A stretch of DNA of 64,000 bases from a virus (IMGVR_UViG_3300046491_000064:40060-104059), one strand, 5' to 3'. Shown: positions 21,231 through 29,651, counted from the first letter of the stretch. Notes: generated by a model from the sequence alone, not told the origin. Translations and numbers: made by a program.

Positions 21231-21577
21231 AATATCAAACTACTTTAAAAACAGAACAGATAGCAAAGCGGACATGGAGACTACTCGATGACCTTGTGTA
21301 TGAGGACATCACTGTCCCTAAAGGTTTCATTACCAACTATGCAAGTATTGAGGTTTTCCACAACGTCTTTCTATTCCCGTTCTTTGCCCTGTTCGCAGGC
21401 TATGGCAACTATGCCTCAACAGTACATGACTACCTGTACACAACCCGCTCTGTGAGCCGTAAAGCCGCTGACGACATCTTCTATGACGCCCTACGGGCTG
21501 AAGGTGTTGCCCGCTGGCGAGCTTGGTTGATGTGGGCAGGAGTCCGCATTGGTGGGGCTGAAGCATACGGAGGTTAA
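21218..21577 (+). CDS. hypothetical protein (DUF1353-like motifs)
   Basis: 119 aa; GFITNYASIEV and TVHDYLY motifs. Confidence 0.35.
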   Translation: MVGMKYQTTLKTEQIAKRTWRLLDDLVYEDITVPKGFITNYASIEVFHNVFLFPFFALFAGYGNYASTVHDYLYTTRSVSRKAADDIFYDALRAEGVARWRAWLMWAGVRIGGAEAYGG

Positions 21578-21579
21578 CA

Positions 21580-22155
21580 ATGAAAATCAACATCACGCCA
21601 GCCATTCGGAACAAGATTTTTGCAGCGATGGTTGCTGCTGGAATGTCCGGCCCAGTCGCCTATGTGGCGAGCAATCACACCGTCAGTTCCGAGGGGATGT
21701 ACTCAAGCCCCTACATGGACCCTGTAGGTTTGAAGACGTACTGTGTTGGTCATCTGGTTAAAAAGAACGAGGTGGTCAAGGATGATTATTCTGAGGATGA
21801 GTGTATCAAGCTCTTCGTCAAGGACTTCACACAACACGCTGAGAGGCTAAGTACGATGGTGACTGTACCCTACCGTTCAGAATGGATGAAAGGGGCTGCT
21901 ATCGACTTCACGTTTCACATGGGTGAGGGAAATGTCAGGTCCAGTACGTTTCTAAAGGAACTAAACGCTAAGCATTATGACCAAGCTTGTGACCAGCTGA
22001 CCCGTTGGGTTTATGGGAAGCAAAACGGAATCATGGTGAAGATGCCGGGATTGGTTATCCGAGCTACTGAGCGGTACAAGTTTTGCATGGGCGAGATTCC
22101 AGCCGATTACTCGCCTACCCTTCAACGATTAGGAGTAAAGGTAGATGCTAAATAG
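21580..22155 (+). CDS. SAR endolysin (GH24 T4-type lysozyme with N-terminal signal-arrest-release segment)
   Basis: catalytic E-x8-D-x5-T (EGMYSSPYMDPVGLKT) then CVGH; N-terminal Ala/Gly-rich weakly hydrophobic IFAAMVAAGMSGPVAYVA. Confidence 0.8.
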   Translation: MKINITPAIRNKIFAAMVAAGMSGPVAYVASNHTVSSEGMYSSPYMDPVGLKTYCVGHLVKKNEVVKDDYSEDECIKLFVKDFTQHAERLSTMVTVPYRSEWMKGAAIDFTFHMGEGNVRSSTFLKELNAKHYDQACDQLTRWVYGKQNGIMVKMPGLVIRATERYKFCMGEIPADYSPTLQRLGVKVDAK

Positions 22156-22456
22156 GATTTACAGAAGTATGAAACGGCACTACCACCTGTATTCCTTTAT
22201 TGGGAATAGCTTAATGGCTTTGTCATTAGGAGGGCTGGCTTTGCTTGGATTACTTACGAACGTGATGACCGCTGCATGGTTGTTTGGTTGGGGACTGATG
22301 TTCGCACTGGTCTTCGCAATTGGGAAAGTCATTGACCAAGAAGTCGATGACATGGATAAGGTGACCGCTCATGAAATTATTGGATTGGTTAAAGAACAAG
22401 GCAATGACGATTGTACTTGTCGCACTGTTGACCCTGCTATCGACGTTACTGGTTAG
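22145..22456 (+). CDS. holin / pinholin candidate (2 TMDs)
   Basis: 103 aa with two hydrophobic helices and charged C-terminus; adjacent to endolysin. Confidence 0.5.
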   Translation: MLNRIYRSMKRHYHLYSFIGNSLMALSLGGLALLGLLTNVMTAAWLFGWGLMFALVFAIGKVIDQEVDDMDKVTAHEIIGLVKEQGNDDCTCRTVDPAIDVTG

Positions 22457-22766
22457 CAACCACAGTAAAGAGCAAGAGCTTCTGACGCTGAGGACTGACT
22501 ACCAGACTGAACATGCAGAGGTTAACCGATTGACAGGCGAGAATACACGCCTCCTTGAAGACATTGCTAAGAAGCCGAACGCAGTCGCTGAAACCGTCAA
22601 GGAAGTGTACAAAGAAATCTGCACAGGTGCTGTCGCGGAAGAAAGAATACTCAACGCACCACCTACTGTCAAGAGGGATGTAAAAAATGAAAGCCAACAA
22701 GCTACAAAAGTGTATGCAGACATTGATGCTCCTTTTGACCCTGAGTTTATCAAGTTGCTCGAATGA
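22371..22766 (+). CDS. i-spanin (Rz-like)
   Basis: N-terminal TMD then coiled-coil periplasmic domain; o-spanin gene embedded/overlapping at 3' end. Confidence 0.55.
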   Translation: MKLLDWLKNKAMTIVLVALLTLLSTLLVSNHSKEQELLTLRTDYQTEHAEVNRLTGENTRLLEDIAKKPNAVAETVKEVYKEICTGAVAEERILNAPPTVKRDVKNESQQATKVYADIDAPFDPEFIKLLE

Positions 22767-23031
22767 TCCAGTTAAAACTGAAATCGTTTACCAGCGAGAA
22801 TACATTCCGTTGTCAATGCTTACGATTGCTTGCGAAACACGCACCGATGTCTCTACGCCCCGTCTTTTAGGTGCTGCGTGGCAGAGTGAAAAGAAATGTC
22901 ATTCCGCCTACAAAAAGCTCATAGAAGGTTTAATCAAAGATTACACTAAAGAGGGAGAATCCCCCAATGTCAACACAACCAACACAGGAAAACGGGAAGC
23001 TCCAAGAGCTAATGAACAAGTGGGGAGTTAA
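22687..23031 (+). CDS. o-spanin lipoprotein (Rz1-like)
   Basis: signal peptide with lipobox LSLSSC; starts inside i-spanin gene in +1 frame. Confidence 0.6.
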   Translation: MKANKLQKCMQTLMLLLTLSLSSCSNDPVKTEIVYQREYIPLSMLTIACETRTDVSTPRLLGAAWQSEKKCHSAYKKLIEGLIKDYTKEGESPNVNTTNTGKREAPRANEQVGS

Positions 23032-23308
23032 GAGTGCCTTTCTGTTACTTGTTCTCTGTTCTTGGATTTACCAACAAGATCGGGCACAAGTAATGTCAGA
23101 CAATAAAGCGCTTGCCGCACGAACCGCTGCAAACGAGCGGGCGATTGGAAGACTTCAGGAAGGGAAAGCTTCGCGGGAGGAATTGAAAAGTGCAATTGAG
23201 ACAATCGCAAGAGACAATCAGCGAAGTCGAGATGACTTGAAAGAATCCATGAATACACTTCGGAACGACCTTGTTCAAAGAATGGATATTATTGTTTCTA
23301 AAAAGTAA
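22967..23308 (+). CDS. membrane protein (single TMD, coiled coil), lysis-associated?
   Basis: 113 aa, TMD SAFLLLVLCSWIY. Confidence 0.4.
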   Translation: MSTQPTQENGKLQELMNKWGVKSAFLLLVLCSWIYQQDRAQVMSDNKALAARTAANERAIGRLQEGKASREELKSAIETIARDNQRSRDDLKESMNTLRNDLVQRMDIIVSKK

Positions 23309-23318
23309 AGCTTACAAA

Positions 23319-23346
23319 CACAAGCCCCTGACTTCTTGTCGAGGGG
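23319..23346. terminator. bidirectional rho-independent terminator between convergent blocks
   Basis: agcccct..gaggggct hairpin flanked by T-rich runs on both strands; genes converge here. Confidence 0.55.
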
Positions 23347-23358
23347 CTTCTTTGTGTC

Positions 23359-23766
23359 TCAGTATTGTGACACCATCTCTTCGGTCACCACAAGCTCTTT
23401 TTCACGTCGATTGCAAATTCCAAGGAACTCTATCGACAGATGCTTGTCCAACCAGTATCTGAGGAACCATTCAAGCTCCTGAGAGGCTGCTGAAGGCACG
23501 CACGAATTGACATCCTCATCGTCGCCTACCATATCAGATAAACGATCATCCCACCGTTCGTGGAGTATGTCAAGGTCTTTCGTCGAGAAAACTTCAGAAC
23601 CTTTCCGATCAAAGGCATCAGCTACCCAATACGACAGACGGACACCAACACTCAGTTCACTCAACTCATATGCGATATTCAGACATTCAGTGATTACTTC
23701 ACTTTCATCAAAGAAGCAATAAGCTGAGTCATCTACGCTGTAACAATTTCTTACTTCCCTGTTCAC
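23359..23766 (-). CDS. acidic hypothetical protein
   Basis: 135 aa, strongly D/E-rich; last gene of leftward block. Confidence 0.5.
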   Translation of the reverse strand: MNREVRNCYSVDDSAYCFFDESEVITECLNIAYELSELSVGVRLSYWVADAFDRKGSEVFSTKDLDILHERWDDRLSDMVGDDEDVNSCVPSAASQELEWFLRYWLDKHLSIEFLGICNRREKELVVTEEMVSQY

Positions 23767-23972
23767 TAGATTGTCCTCTTTTGAAGATGTTCAAACGTTT
23801 TGTTCTCTACCTTTTCCTTTTGTGCATGTTGCACAGGTTGTTCAATCTTCTGAGGTTGTGCAGTAAAACATTTTGGAACAGGCTGTTTATCAACAGGGTA
23901 CTTCTCGACATACTTAGAAATACCCAAACTAATAATCAGACCGAGAAAGATACCGGTCAAAAACTTATTCAT
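23766..23972 (-). CDS. small membrane protein
   Basis: 68 aa with N-terminal TMD; ATGA-type coupling. Confidence 0.45.
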   Translation of the reverse strand: MNKFLTGIFLGLIISLGISKYVEKYPVDKQPVPKCFTAQPQKIEQPVQHAQKEKVENKTFEHLQKRTI

Positions 23973-24496
23973 GCGTTATTGATCACCACACTACCAGTGC
24001 AATTGATAGTGATGTTTCCACCATTCAAATACACCTGTTGGTTTTCTTTGTCAATAACAAATTGATCAGCTGCCACCACGAATTCAGGAGCCAAAACAAT
24101 TTCAGATTCAACCACACCTTGTTCCTCAATCGGGAACAAAGAAATCAGGTGATCACGCAGGCGAATAGATTCAGCGTTACTGAAACGATAATGCATTGGT
24201 TGACGTTGAGTCATTGACAGATAAAGGTTTGGACCGTCGCTGACATGCATAACTTCGAATTTGATTTGATCCTTTTGACAATCAGTGAAGACATCCAAAG
24301 GTTCTGGTTCGACATAAACTTCAATTTCACTAGGATAGAACGAACGGGTATCGTCAATCTCTTCAATGTACACATCATACACATCCGATGTTCCGTTGTG
24401 ATCAACATTTATAACAATACCGGTCATACCCGGATAGCAGGCTCGAAAACCGCCATCTGTAACCAATACAACCTTAGTACCTTTATCAAGCAACAT
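23969..24496 (-). CDS. hypothetical protein
   Basis: internal ATG at 24496 avoids overlap with upstream gene; about 175 aa. Confidence 0.4.
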   Translation of the reverse strand: MLLDKGTKVVLVTDGGFRACYPGMTGIVINVDHNGTSDVYDVYIEEIDDTRSFYPSEIEVYVEPEPLDVFTDCQKDQIKFEVMHVSDGPNLYLSMTQRQPMHYRFSNAESIRLRDHLISLFPIEEQGVVESEIVLAPEFVVAADQFVIDKENQQVYLNGGNITINCTGSVVINNA

Positions 24497-24794
24497 TCTT
24501 TTCTCCTTGTTTGTTATCATCGATAGCATCTTGAACAAGCAGCATGAGCTTGTCAATGTTCTTATCACAGAAGGCATCAATCTCGTGGTCGAGCATTGGC
24601 ACCCAAATGTAAGGGGTTCCAGCCAAAAGCCATTGCACTTCAACCTTTACGACCTCAAAATCAGTTTCTCGATGACCGTAAAAATCGATGTCGCAAGGAG
24701 CCTCTGGTTCGAAACTCCCCGGAACATGATAGTCGTTGTGAACATCCACGGTAAGACGTGTGGAACTGTCGAACTCAACAACCAAATTCTTCAT
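24486..24794 (-). CDS. hypothetical protein
   Basis: 102 aa ORF. Confidence 0.45.
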   Translation of the reverse strand: MKNLVVEFDSSTRLTVDVHNDYHVPGSFEPEAPCDIDFYGHRETDFEVVKVEVQWLLAGTPYIWVPMLDHEIDAFCDKNIDKLMLLVQDAIDDNKQGEKNVA

Positions 24795-24814
24795 AACTAC
24801 CCCTTTGATTAAAA

Positions 24815-25063
24815 TTAGTTTGACCTGCGAATTGTCTTAAAAGCTTCCACCAAGCTTGCCTTCGTTCGTGTCTTACCGTCCATGCGTAGAACTCTGTATC
24901 GTCCCCGTCCGAGCTTGTAGACAACGCCTAGAAGCTCTTCCCCACCTTCAGTGTACACGTAACGCATGTCTTTGTCTTCGGTATCGAAACGACTCAACAC
25001 TTTATGCTTGCTCATGGCTCTCACTCCGGTTTTGATTAACAGTTTGTAGATGTTCCCCATCAC
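24815..25063 (-). CDS. hypothetical basic protein
   Basis: 82 aa ORF (possibly starting at internal Met). Confidence 0.4.
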   Translation of the reverse strand: MMGNIYKLLIKTGVRAMSKHKVLSRFDTEDKDMRYVYTEGGEELLGVVYKLGRGRYRVLRMDGKTRTKASLVEAFKTIRRSN

Positions 25064-25069
25064 CTGTTA

Positions 25070-25098
25070 GCAAGTATAAAGCTTTCAACCTGTGTGTC
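25070..25098 (-). promoter_or_regulatory. internal sigma70-like promoter TTGACA-16-TATACT (minus strand)
   Basis: read on reverse complement of 25070-25098. Confidence 0.35.
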
Positions 25099-25324
25099 AA
25101 CGACCGTTCGTCGGCATCGGAACAACGTTGTTTTTGACAATAGAAGAAAGGATTGCAATGTCGATTTGACGCTGAGCCTTGTCCTCTTCCCGGTCAAGCT
25201 GAAGGTTATGCTCTTTATTCTGAATGTGAATCACAAACCACACGATTCCGTATGGTAGGAAGCACAGAGTCAGCAGTGCGTGCAAGATGTGCATTGTTTC
25301 TTTACGATGAGACATTCCATTCAC
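25097..25324 (-). CDS. small membrane protein
   Basis: 75 aa, AAGGAG RBS, TMD ILHALLTLCFLPYGIVWFVI. Confidence 0.45.
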   Translation of the reverse strand: MNGMSHRKETMHILHALLTLCFLPYGIVWFVIHIQNKEHNLQLDREEDKAQRQIDIAILSSIVKNNVVPMPTNGR

Positions 25325-25426
25325 TCCTTGGTATGATATTGCGGATTAAATATTGTGCTTCTTCAGCAGTATTCAACAGGATACTCTTATAGCCTTCGCT
25401 GGTCAATATGAATACCTTAAACTTTA

Positions 25427-25570
25427 TTACTCCCACCTGTCAATTTCCCTCCCGTCCATATCACAATTCTCAAATGGTGTCAAGACAAAACGATCAAGGT
25501 CAGTAATGATACCTGACCCCAGTCTCATCATCTCAAGTTCAACACGACGAACGAGTGTATCGCTCGCCAT
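25427..25570 (-). CDS. small hypothetical ORF (47 aa)
   Basis: found manually; no strong RBS. Confidence 0.25.
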   Translation of the reverse strand: MASDTLVRRVELEMMRLGSGIITDLDRFVLTPFENCDMDGREIDRWE

Positions 25571-25596
25571 GTAAGGTTCAAACTGTTGAATCGATC

Positions 25597-27189
25597 TTAC
25601 GATAACGTCAGGAGTTCTGCAACCTCTTGAATTTCCTGACGAATCATCTTTCCCACAGTATCAACGCTTTGTGACCGGCAACGGTTAATCATATCTTGAA
25701 CTGTCTGGTTATAACCCAGAATACCTTTCACACGGGTCAGTGCAACATACAACAAGTTGCGTTCCATATCATTCAGACCAATCCAATCGCCATCTTCGTT
25801 AAATGGACTTGGGAAGTCATCAGCAAGGATTACAATGTTCCATTCACGACCTTTTGACTTGTGAGCCGTAGTCAGGATTACATCCGGGTTATGCACGTTC
25901 TTATGCGAGCGCAGGGTGTCAAGCACCTTGTAAACAGCACCGCTCTTAACCATGTTGTAAACACGCAGAAGTTCACCTTTTACAACTTCGGCTTCATCTC
26001 CCATCTCTTTCCAGTTATCGAACTGGATTAGACTTTCGTGTTTAACCTTGTTCATTTCACCGTTTTTCAAACAAATTGCACTTTCGAGCAACTTAGTGAA
26101 ATCACCAACATCCATCTCAAGGTTTACTTTCTTACCTTGTTCCAACAACGAAACAGCTTCAAAGATCAATGCACCGTTAGTACGGAACAGCATTGTGTAT
26201 TGTTCATCCCACAAATGCACTGGAATGTGATCTTTTCGCATTACTTCAGTATTCAGCTTTTCCCAACCTTTTACATCAGTTTGAATCATGCCGTCATTAG
26301 CCAAAACCATATCAGCCAGATCACCAACTGCCTGACCAAAACGGAAGCTTTTCGACAACTTAGCTTCAGGCCAGTTCAGTTTCAGCATACCGTTAACGGC
26401 ACCCCGCCACGAATAGATGTTCTGATAACCATCACCTACAGCGAATAGTTTGCAGCGACCAACCTGAGACAGAAAGATATCCATAACAACTGGAATTACA
26501 TCTTGACTTTCATCAAGATATAGAATCTCGTACTGCGAAAGATTTGGTTTAGACAGCTGATACAACTTCAAATAAGTATCGTGAGTTGCAAGAACCGGAC
26601 TACGCAGATCACAGCGAAGTTCCCACAGTTTCATTGCATGAGAAAGAACCAGATACTTATAAGCACGCATTGCAGATTCATCACGCAACAAATGTTGGTC
26701 GCAAGGACTGCACGAAACGTGAGCGTTAGTCATTTTCTCATCAGCGGATTGTTCGAAGCGTGCAACAGTTTCCTTAATTGCAACACCTACACCACCTTGT
26801 TTCATCCTGCGAGTTTCACGTTCACCTTTCAGCATGTAAATGAAATCGTTTGTTTTGAAATACTTACCGATTTCACTACCAGTACCGGCGACATTCTTAT
26901 ATGCACCAGTAGGACGTGACAGCTTATTACGCATTGGATCACCGAAGTGTTGATATGCGAGACTGTGCGTGGTACGGCATTCAACCCATGATGGGAAACG
27001 TTCTTTCGCCTCATCAGCGAGTGCTTTGTTAAATGTCAGCATAATGCTTTTTACAGGATGTGCATTAGCAACCATAACCAACGTAGAGGTTTTAGCTGCA
27101 CCAGCATATGCTGCAATCTTCATTTCAGTGTACAGCTTGCTCATTTCTACAACGTGGTTTTGCTCATCCGTTGGTTTGATGTTGCTCAT
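25597..27189 (-). CDS. SF1 DNA helicase (UvrD/Rep-like) with atypical Walker A
   Basis: motifs II DESQD, III GDGYQNIYSWRGA, V TTAHKSKGREW, VI LYVALTRVKG; motif I reads AYAGAAKTS (Ala where Gly precedes Lys). Confidence 0.8.
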   Translation of the reverse strand: MSNIKPTDEQNHVVEMSKLYTEMKIAAYAGAAKTSTLVMVANAHPVKSIMLTFNKALADEAKERFPSWVECRTTHSLAYQHFGDPMRNKLSRPTGAYKNVAGTGSEIGKYFKTNDFIYMLKGERETRRMKQGGVGVAIKETVARFEQSADEKMTNAHVSCSPCDQHLLRDESAMRAYKYLVLSHAMKLWELRCDLRSPVLATHDTYLKLYQLSKPNLSQYEILYLDESQDVIPVVMDIFLSQVGRCKLFAVGDGYQNIYSWRGAVNGMLKLNWPEAKLSKSFRFGQAVGDLADMVLANDGMIQTDVKGWEKLNTEVMRKDHIPVHLWDEQYTMLFRTNGALIFEAVSLLEQGKKVNLEMDVGDFTKLLESAICLKNGEMNKVKHESLIQFDNWKEMGDEAEVVKGELLRVYNMVKSGAVYKVLDTLRSHKNVHNPDVILTTAHKSKGREWNIVILADDFPSPFNEDGDWIGLNDMERNLLYVALTRVKGILGYNQTVQDMINRCRSQSVDTVGKMIRQEIQEVAELLTLS

Positions 27190-27359
27190 TTAAAGAAACC
27201 CTCTAAGTCAATGTCTTCGATACGACGATGTTCAATAACAAGATCGTCTTTGAATGTTGGGGCAATCATACCATGCTCGATCAGAACGTCAATCGTTTTC
27301 TCAACAGAATCCTGATTTTCTATCGAAGACAGACCGTAAAGGATTAACGTTGCATTCAT
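27186..27359 (-). CDS. small hypothetical protein (57 aa)
   Basis: found manually; GGGAGA RBS; ATGA overlap with upstream stop and with helicase start. Confidence 0.4.
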   Translation of the reverse strand: MNATLILYGLSSIENQDSVEKTIDVLIEHGMIAPTFKDDLVIEHRRIEDIDLEGFFK

Positions 27360-27553
27360 TCCGTTCTCCCTTGTTCCTTTAGAAATTTACGGTGTAGTTC
27401 TTCCATATGTGGTCGGAATGATGCAGCTGGTCCCGGTTTAGATTTGCTACCCCATTCACCACGTTTGGTTGCTTCATAGAATTCCATTGCTTGACTACCC
27501 GGCATGATTCTGGTAAAGACACCGGGAGGACATTCGACTACTACGCCTTTCAT
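27356..27553 (-). CDS. hypothetical protein
   Basis: 65 aa. Confidence 0.45.
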   Translation of the reverse strand: MKGVVVECPPGVFTRIMPGSQAMEFYEATKRGEWGSKSKPGPAASFRPHMEELHRKFLKEQGRTE

Positions 27554-27930
27554 AGTTTCACCTTACGGATAGGTTTAAATGTACCATGTCTAGCCTTGTT
27601 TACAGACAGACTGCTAAAACTCAGTGGGCAATACTGGATAGAATAATGCTCACCATCCATGTATACACCGCTCTGACTATCAACGAAATCAGAAATCTCA
27701 AACACAATTGGGTCATCATTGCTAGGGTAAGCAACACCATCATTTCTGACAAGGTAGTATTTACCATCCTGAGACAATGCTGTCAAGTATTCTTCGATTG
27801 CTTCTTTAAGACACACCTTCAGGTTGTTGAAGAGATATGCGTTAGGTTCTTGGTATTTACGAACACCATCAAGAAGGTTCCAAGCTGCATCATTCAGAGC
27901 ATCATCAAATTCAATTTCTACACGACTCAT
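27550..27930 (-). CDS. hypothetical protein
   Basis: start at ATG 27930 (ATGA-coupled to upstream small ORF); ORF frame opens at 27939. Confidence 0.5.
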   Translation of the reverse strand: MSRVEIEFDDALNDAAWNLLDGVRKYQEPNAYLFNNLKVCLKEAIEEYLTALSQDGKYYLVRNDGVAYPSNDDPIVFEISDFVDSQSGVYMDGEHYSIQYCPLSFSSLSVNKARHGTFKPIRKVKL

Positions 27931-28082
27931 TTTAACCACTCCAGTAAACGCTTGATAAAAGGTTTGTTAATATTCTTTGGAAGCAATTGTACACGACTTT
28001 GAGGTGGTGTGATACCACCAATACCTGAAGACCATTCCCCACCGCTTTCACATTTGAGTCTCTTACTGCCGGGCGTTTTCAT
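27927..28082 (-). CDS. small basic hypothetical protein (51 aa)
   Basis: found manually; fills the gap between flanking genes with stop/start coupling on both sides. Confidence 0.35.
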   Translation of the reverse strand: MKTPGSKRLKCESGGEWSSGIGGITPPQSRVQLLPKNINKPFIKRLLEWLK

Positions 28083-28083
28083 A

Positions 28084-28356
28084 CTATCGCCACATGTAAA
28101 CAGCGGGGTAAGAACCTTTGGTGTTCATTCCCATTTCTTGTGCCCAATGCAGTTTAACAATATCACTGAAAGCACCGCAAGCATATGTTTGGATGAAAGT
28201 GACCAAACCATTATCAAACCACAGCTTTTCATTCAGACCACCATCCTCATCGAATAGAGACTTGTGCATTTCTTCATGACGGTCATGGTAGCGATATGGG
28301 TCATACGATTTGTCAAGGAAATTTCCTTTGATATCAAAGATGTCGTTCAAGTTCAT
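28084..28356 (-). CDS. hypothetical protein
   Basis: 90 aa. Confidence 0.5.
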   Translation of the reverse strand: MNLNDIFDIKGNFLDKSYDPYRYHDRHEEMHKSLFDEDGGLNEKLWFDNGLVTFIQTYACGAFSDIVKLHWAQEMGMNTKGSYPAVYMWR

Positions 28357-28357
28357 T

Positions 28358-28546
28358 TCATTTCTCCAGCTTAGTGAGTTCAGTTTCTGACGTTGACCCT
28401 TTGGTCAAATCCCAACTGAGATTCCAGATGTTTTCAAGTAAGAAATACCAAGAGCCTTGATATTTTCCGTAAAGCATTGAATATCCAAGAGCAGATGGAC
28501 GGCTGTGTGTGGCTTTAATCTGGTCATACGGTACGAGCATTTGCAT
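28358..28546 (-). CDS. hypothetical protein (first gene of leftward block)
   Basis: start MQMLVPYD at 28546 with AAAGGAG RBS; earlier in-frame ATGs fall inside promoter. Confidence 0.45.
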   Translation of the reverse strand: MQMLVPYDQIKATHSRPSALGYSMLYGKYQGSWYFLLENIWNLSWDLTKGSTSETELTKLEK

Positions 28547-28574
28547 TTTGGTACTCCTTTGAGTGAATGCCGCC

Positions 28575-28602
28575 ATTCTATACCGTTGGTCAGGCTTGTC
28601 AA
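28575..28602 (-). promoter_or_regulatory. leftward sigma70 promoter TTGACA-16-TAGAAT
   Basis: -35 complement at 28597-28602, -10 complement at 28575-28580. Confidence 0.5.
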
Positions 28603-28608
28603 CCCCTA

Positions 28609-28637
28609 TTGACAAAATCGTTTGAGGTCTGTAGAAT
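28609..28637 (+). promoter_or_regulatory. rightward sigma70 promoter TTGACA-17-TAGAAT (divergent partner)
   Basis: -35 28609-28614, -10 28632-28637; -35 hexamers of the two promoters are 6 bp apart. Confidence 0.55.
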
Positions 28638-28973
28638 GGGCAACCTAACGAACGGAATGAGCTTTTTACGTCTTAATCACGGGTTTCTCATTCTTCAAGG
28701 CCAGATAACCGAGCAAGGCCAACATGATGCGGAAGTGGATCGTAATGGATTCTGGCACAGCATCGCAAGCTACCTGCAACGGTAGTCGAGTGCCACGGGA
28801 GAAAGATGTTGCAATCTTATCCTACCCTGTGTATCGTAAGGTACATGTCAGCAACACGCTGAGAATGAGGCTCCGCTGAGCATATTCACGGGTTACTCCT
28901 TGGGAACCGATTGTGTTCCCTATAAGGGGAAGTCTACCCGAATTTCACCACTGAGCATATTAGGAGATGTAGT

Positions 28974-29189
28974 GTGTTAGTAGTACAGTGTCCAAACGAT
29001 AAGAATTCATGGTTAGAGGTACAGGATAAGTTCGATACAGATGGTGAGCTACACTTAGCTGTGAACGAGTGGTACAAGGGTAAGGAGGCGTTTCGTGAAC
29101 AATGCGTGTACATGTCTAGGGATCAGGTGATCGAGCTTGTACAGCATCTCAAGAAGGCTCTGAACGATGCATACGGAATAGGAGTGTAA
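28974..29189 (+). CDS. hypothetical protein (GTG start)
   Basis: AGGAG 7 nt upstream of GTG 28974. Confidence 0.4.
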   Translation: MLVVQCPNDKNSWLEVQDKFDTDGELHLAVNEWYKGKEAFREQCVYMSRDQVIELVQHLKKALNDAYGIGV

Positions 29190-29479
29190 TGGTGAGTGAT
29201 AGCAAGTGTGTAGTGAATGTGTCAACTGAGTCATATCAGAGAGGGAAGACATTCTTCAGAGGACGCACACTGAGAGTCCTTGAGCGTCTGAGTAACTTCA
29301 ATGTGATTGAGGATGAGGTGGATGCTTTAGGTACACATCAGACTCTAATGTCAATCATCAACTTGGATGAAGTCGAGGATGGTGTTTACTATCTGACCTA
29401 TGCTAACATTCAATACGATTGGGAATCTGGTCATCCTGATTCATGGGATTTGAAGTTGGTTCCTTATGAACCGTCCTGA
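29189..29479 (+). CDS. hypothetical protein
   Basis: TAATG coupling. Confidence 0.45.
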   Translation: MVSDSKCVVNVSTESYQRGKTFFRGRTLRVLERLSNFNVIEDEVDALGTHQTLMSIINLDEVEDGVYYLTYANIQYDWESGHPDSWDLKLVPYEPS

Positions 29480-29651
29480 CACACCGCTTTGGGATAAGAA
29501 CTTCAAGAGAGACATGTGTGAGTGGGTTCGATTCCATGTGGCTGAAACAGAGATTGACAACCAAGAAGATTTCATGAGATGGTTTATGAAATTCTCTAAA
29601 GGTAGAATCAGTCCACAAATTGTTAAGGAGGTTTGGAATGAAAGCAAGTGA
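29466..29651 (+). CDS. hypothetical protein
   Basis: 61 aa. Confidence 0.35.
   Translation: MNRPDTPLWDKNFKRDMCEWVRFHVAETEIDNQEDFMRWFMKFSKGRISPQIVKEVWNESK

Noticed and set aside
28567-28785. 72-aa plus-strand ORF spanning the divergent promoter pair
   Set aside because: Its start lies upstream of and across the -35/-10 elements. Only a weakly supported internal 42-codon ORF (28657-28785) could be translated; it is mentioned in findings only.
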